DNA of 64,000 nt from an uncultured Gemmatimonadales bacterium (GTDB lineage: Bacteria; Gemmatimonadota; Gemmatimonadetes; Gemmatimonadales; GWC2-71-9): the NCBI GenBank assembly GCA_963798915.1, contig CAWCVB010000014.1, positions 96,001 through 160,000 of the forward strand. Reading direction: 5' to 3'. Shown here piece by piece: positions 61,405 through 64,000 of this stretch. Position 1 is the first letter of the stretch. Every line of letters begins with the position of its first letter. Both the position numbers and the translations under genes were made by a program. Below the pieces are notes generated by a model that saw only the letters and a program-made list of their open reading frames with translations, was not told the DNA's origin and ran no database searches.

Positions 61405-62892
61405 TCAGGGCAGGCTGCTCCAGCCCTGCACGGCAACCGGGGTGCTGGCGTCGGTGGTGGTGCCGTCGCCGAGTTCGCCATGCTCGTTGTGACCCCAGCA
61501 GTACGCTCCGTCAGCTGCCGACAGCGCACAGGAGAAGTAGGCGCCGGCGCCAATGGTCGAGAATGTGATGCCACCGGCTACCGGGACCGGGCTGCTCGTG
61601 TTCTCCGTGTTCCCGTCGCCGAGTTCACCGTAGATGTTGAGGCCCCAGCAGTAGCCCGCACCGAACGTGGTAAGGGCGCACGTGTGATACGCCCCCCCAG
61701 CGTCGATCGCCGAGAGCGCCAGGTCTCCGTTCACGAGTACCGGGCTCGTCGCATTCGCGGCGCCGCCGTTGCCGAGTTCGCCGAAATCATTGAGTCCCCA
61801 GCAGTAGCCTGCGTGGCCAAGGGCGACGCCACAGGTCCAGTAGTATCCTGCGCTGATGGACGAGAAGGTGAGGCCGCCGCCGACCGGCACCGGGTTGGTC
61901 GCGTCGGACAGGCTACCATCCCCGAGCTGGCCCGAACCGTTGTACCCCCAGCAGAAGGCCGCGCCGTCAGTCGAGAGACCGCAACTATGGAAGCCACCGC
62001 GAGCGCTGATACCGGCGAAGTGCAGGCCGCCGCTGACCGGGACGGGGATGCTTGCATCCGTTGTTGTCCCATTACCGAGCTGTCCCGCCGAGTTGTTGCC
62101 CCAGCAATACGTCGCTGCCTCCACGGTGAGCGCGCAGGTATGATTGCCCCCCGCGCTGATGGCTGTGAACGCCAGGCCACCGCTGACCGCTACGGGGCTG
62201 CTCGCGTTTGCTATGCTCCCGGTTCCGAGTTGGCCAGAATTGTTCAATCCCCAGCAGTAGGCTGTGCCATCCGCCGTGAGGCCACACGTGTGATATCCCC
62301 CCGCGCTGATGACCGTAAATGCGACGTCTCCCAGGACCGCAACGGGGACGCTGGAATTGGTGGTGGAGCCGTCGCCCAGCTCTCCGCCAATGTTGTAGCC
62401 CCAGCAGTAGGCGCGCCCGCTCGCCTTGAGCCCGCAAGTATGGAGTAGGCCCACAGCCAACTGGGGTCCCGCGGTCGTCGTCTCATCACCAAGTACCGCA
62501 CCGGCTTCCTCCAGTAGCGGCGCTCCATCCGCCTCACTCAGTACCCCATCTGCCACGAAGCTCGCCACCTGGTCCCGGAACGCCCGCAATTGTGCCACCG
62601 CCGGGCAGAGATTCCCGTCATCCAGGGCCCGAAGCGCGTTCCGGAGATGGTTACGCAGCGCGCCGGCCTGGCCGGCATTCAGCGCTCCGGACGCTTCCAG
62701 CGCGTCCACCTGGTCAATCAGATCGCTGATGGCGGCACGCACCTCCCCCTCGCTCAGACCCAGGGCGCAGGATGTCGCGAGGAAGGAGGGGGTGTCGGCG
62801 TAGATCGGATTGGGGGCGGTGCGATCAGCGCACGCGGTCGCGAGCAAGGCTCCGACCGCGAGGGCCAGTACGACGCGGATGTGGCTGCACAT
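61405..62892 (-). CDS. RCC1-repeat (7-blade) lipoprotein with N-terminal FIMAH-like helical domain
   Basis: Lipobox ATAC; seven [HWF][TS]C....G.AYCWG.N..G[QE]LG repeats. Confidence 0.88.
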   Translation of the reverse strand: MCSHIRVVLALAVGALLATACADRTAPNPIYADTPSFLATSCALGLSEGEVRAAISDLIDQVDALEASGALNAGQAGALRNHLRNALRALDDGNLCPAVAQLRAFRDQVASFVADGVLSEADGAPLLEEAGAVLGDETTTAGPQLAVGLLHTCGLKASGRAYCWGYNIGGELGDGSTTNSSVPVAVLGDVAFTVISAGGYHTCGLTADGTAYCWGLNNSGQLGTGSIANASSPVAVSGGLAFTAISAGGNHTCALTVEAATYCWGNNSAGQLGNGTTTDASIPVPVSGGLHFAGISARGGFHSCGLSTDGAAFCWGYNGSGQLGDGSLSDATNPVPVGGGLTFSSISAGYYWTCGVALGHAGYCWGLNDFGELGNGGAANATSPVLVNGDLALSAIDAGGAYHTCALTTFGAGYCWGLNIYGELGDGNTENTSSPVPVAGGITFSTIGAGAYFSCALSAADGAYCWGHNEHGELGDGTTTDASTPVAVQGWSSLP

Positions 62893-63054
62893 GGGCCTGC
62901 TTCTTCCATCTCGAAGGTTCAGTGATCCGGAATGGCCGGCTTCAGGAGAGCCAAGATAGGGCGAGCATTCGGAAGGGGACATCGCATATTCGGGGGACTT
63001 GCTGGTGCACGCAGGGTTATGATCGCGGATCTTTCCACCGCCGCCATCGCGCCG

Positions 63055-63070
63055 TCACATGATCATGTGA
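63055..63070. promoter_or_regulatory. Perfect 16-bp palindrome TCACATGATCATGTGA, candidate operator
   Basis: Self-complementary; lies between the response regulator stop and the RCC1 gene promoter. Confidence 0.5.
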
Positions 63071-63080
63071 GGATGCGGAG

Positions 63081-63785
63081 CTACACCAGGCCCTCACGCA
63101 GCGCGCGTCCCACCGCTTCGGCCACGTTGTGGACCTGCAGCTTGGAATAGACACTCCGGATGTGGGATCGCACCGTCTCGATGCTGATTCCCAGATCGCG
63201 GGCACAGCCTTTGTAACTGCGGCCATCCACCAGGCAGCCCAGCACGTCCCGCTCGCGCTGGGTCAGGTCGAGGCTGCTGCTGGCGCCGTCCGTCGTCCTC
63301 GCGGGCGCCTTCAATCGGCCGGTTTCGCTCAGGCGAATGATATCCAGCACGGTGCGCGCCACGGCCGCCGACAGCGGCGATCCGCCGGCCACCACGGTGC
63401 GGAGTTGTGCCAGGATCCGATCCGCCGGTGTGCGCTTGAGGAGATAGCCGTCGGCGCCGGCACAGATGGCTTCGATGATCGTGGCACGCTCCTCGAAAAC
63501 GGTGAGCGCAATGATCCTGACCTGCGGCAGCAGGGCCTTCATCCGGCGGGTGCACTCGATGCCGCTGAGTCCCGGCAGCCCCAGGTCCATGAGGATCACG
63601 TCCCACGGCGGTGTGGACTGCCGGCGCTGGGCGGCCTCGGCGGCGCGGAGGGCCTCGTCCGGGGAGGCAAACGAATGCGCCAGCTCGAACTCGGGCGAGT
63701 GCGCGAGTAGCGCCTCCAGGCTCGCCCGGTAATGCGCGTCATCCTCCACCGCTATCACCTGAAACGGCGCGGTCCGGATTGGCAT
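63081..63785 (-). CDS. NarL/LuxR-family response regulator
   Basis: VEDD, DVILMDLGLPG.SG, GADGYLLK; LTQRERDVL...GISIETVRSH.RSVYSKLQV HTH; alternative start 63860. Confidence 0.93.
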   Translation of the reverse strand: MPIRTAPFQVIAVEDDAHYRASLEALLAHSPEFELAHSFASPDEALRAAEAAQRRQSTPPWDVILMDLGLPGLSGIECTRRMKALLPQVRIIALTVFEERATIIEAICAGADGYLLKRTPADRILAQLRTVVAGGSPLSAAVARTVLDIIRLSETGRLKAPARTTDGASSSLDLTQRERDVLGCLVDGRSYKGCARDLGISIETVRSHIRSVYSKLQVHNVAEAVGRALREGLV

Positions 63786-63856
63786 GCCGCCATAATGCAC
63801 GCCCGGCTGGTGAGGCGCACTCGCATATTCATGGGAGGGCTCCACGGAGAGATCGC

Positions 63857-64000
63857 TCATTGAAGCCGGAAGTCGAGCCGCATGGTGGTTCCTCCAGTGG
63901 TGCTGCTGTGAAGCGCGAATTCGGCGCCGATCTCGCCGGCTCGGCGGCGCATGCCCGCGACCCCCCGCCCATTTCGGGCGGAGCCCTTCTCCAGGAAGGC
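63857..64000 (-). CDS. C-terminus of a NarX-type sensor histidine kinase (partial)
   Basis: Translates AFLEKGSARNGRGVAGMRRRAGEIGAEFALHSSTTGGTTMRLDFRLQ*, a HATPase G2 box and tail. Confidence 0.75.
   Translation of the reverse strand, partial: AFLEKGSARNGRGVAGMRRRAGEIGAEFALHSSTTGGTTMRLDFRLQ

Overview
High-GC bacterial chromosomal window whose gene content and style suggest Gemmatimonadota (inference). About 49 CDS are supported; no rRNA, tRNA, CRISPR array, integrase or transposase was seen. The core is housekeeping: alkA-like, uvrA, nfo, mfd, maeB-pckA, ftsEX-envC, lepA, two parvulin PPIases and pdxA. Accessory secreted-protein genes sit at both ends and at 39-47 kb. The best leads are: (1) a c-di-GMP-I riboswitch with a visible anti-SD hairpin ahead of a 22-Cys surface lipoprotein followed by a DsbA-like gene; (2) a translationally coupled lepA-ROK kinase-PfkB kinase-[STAS-like+HATPase]-[STAS-like+wHTH]-PLP enzyme operon resembling a sigma-independent partner-switching module; (3) a catalytically degenerate GGDEF protein that keeps its RxxD I-site; (4) a triple-FHA/PP2C module downstream of a flippase-like gene and an ABC exporter; (5) recurrent leaderless-type TANNNT promoters; (6) intergenic 7/8/9-mer arrays and REP-like palindromes; (7) a candidate palindromic operator for a NarL-type regulator. 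Three genes carry frameshifts and maeB lacks a canonical start, which may reflect indel errors in the assembly. All calls come from motif recognition by eye; no database searches were run.
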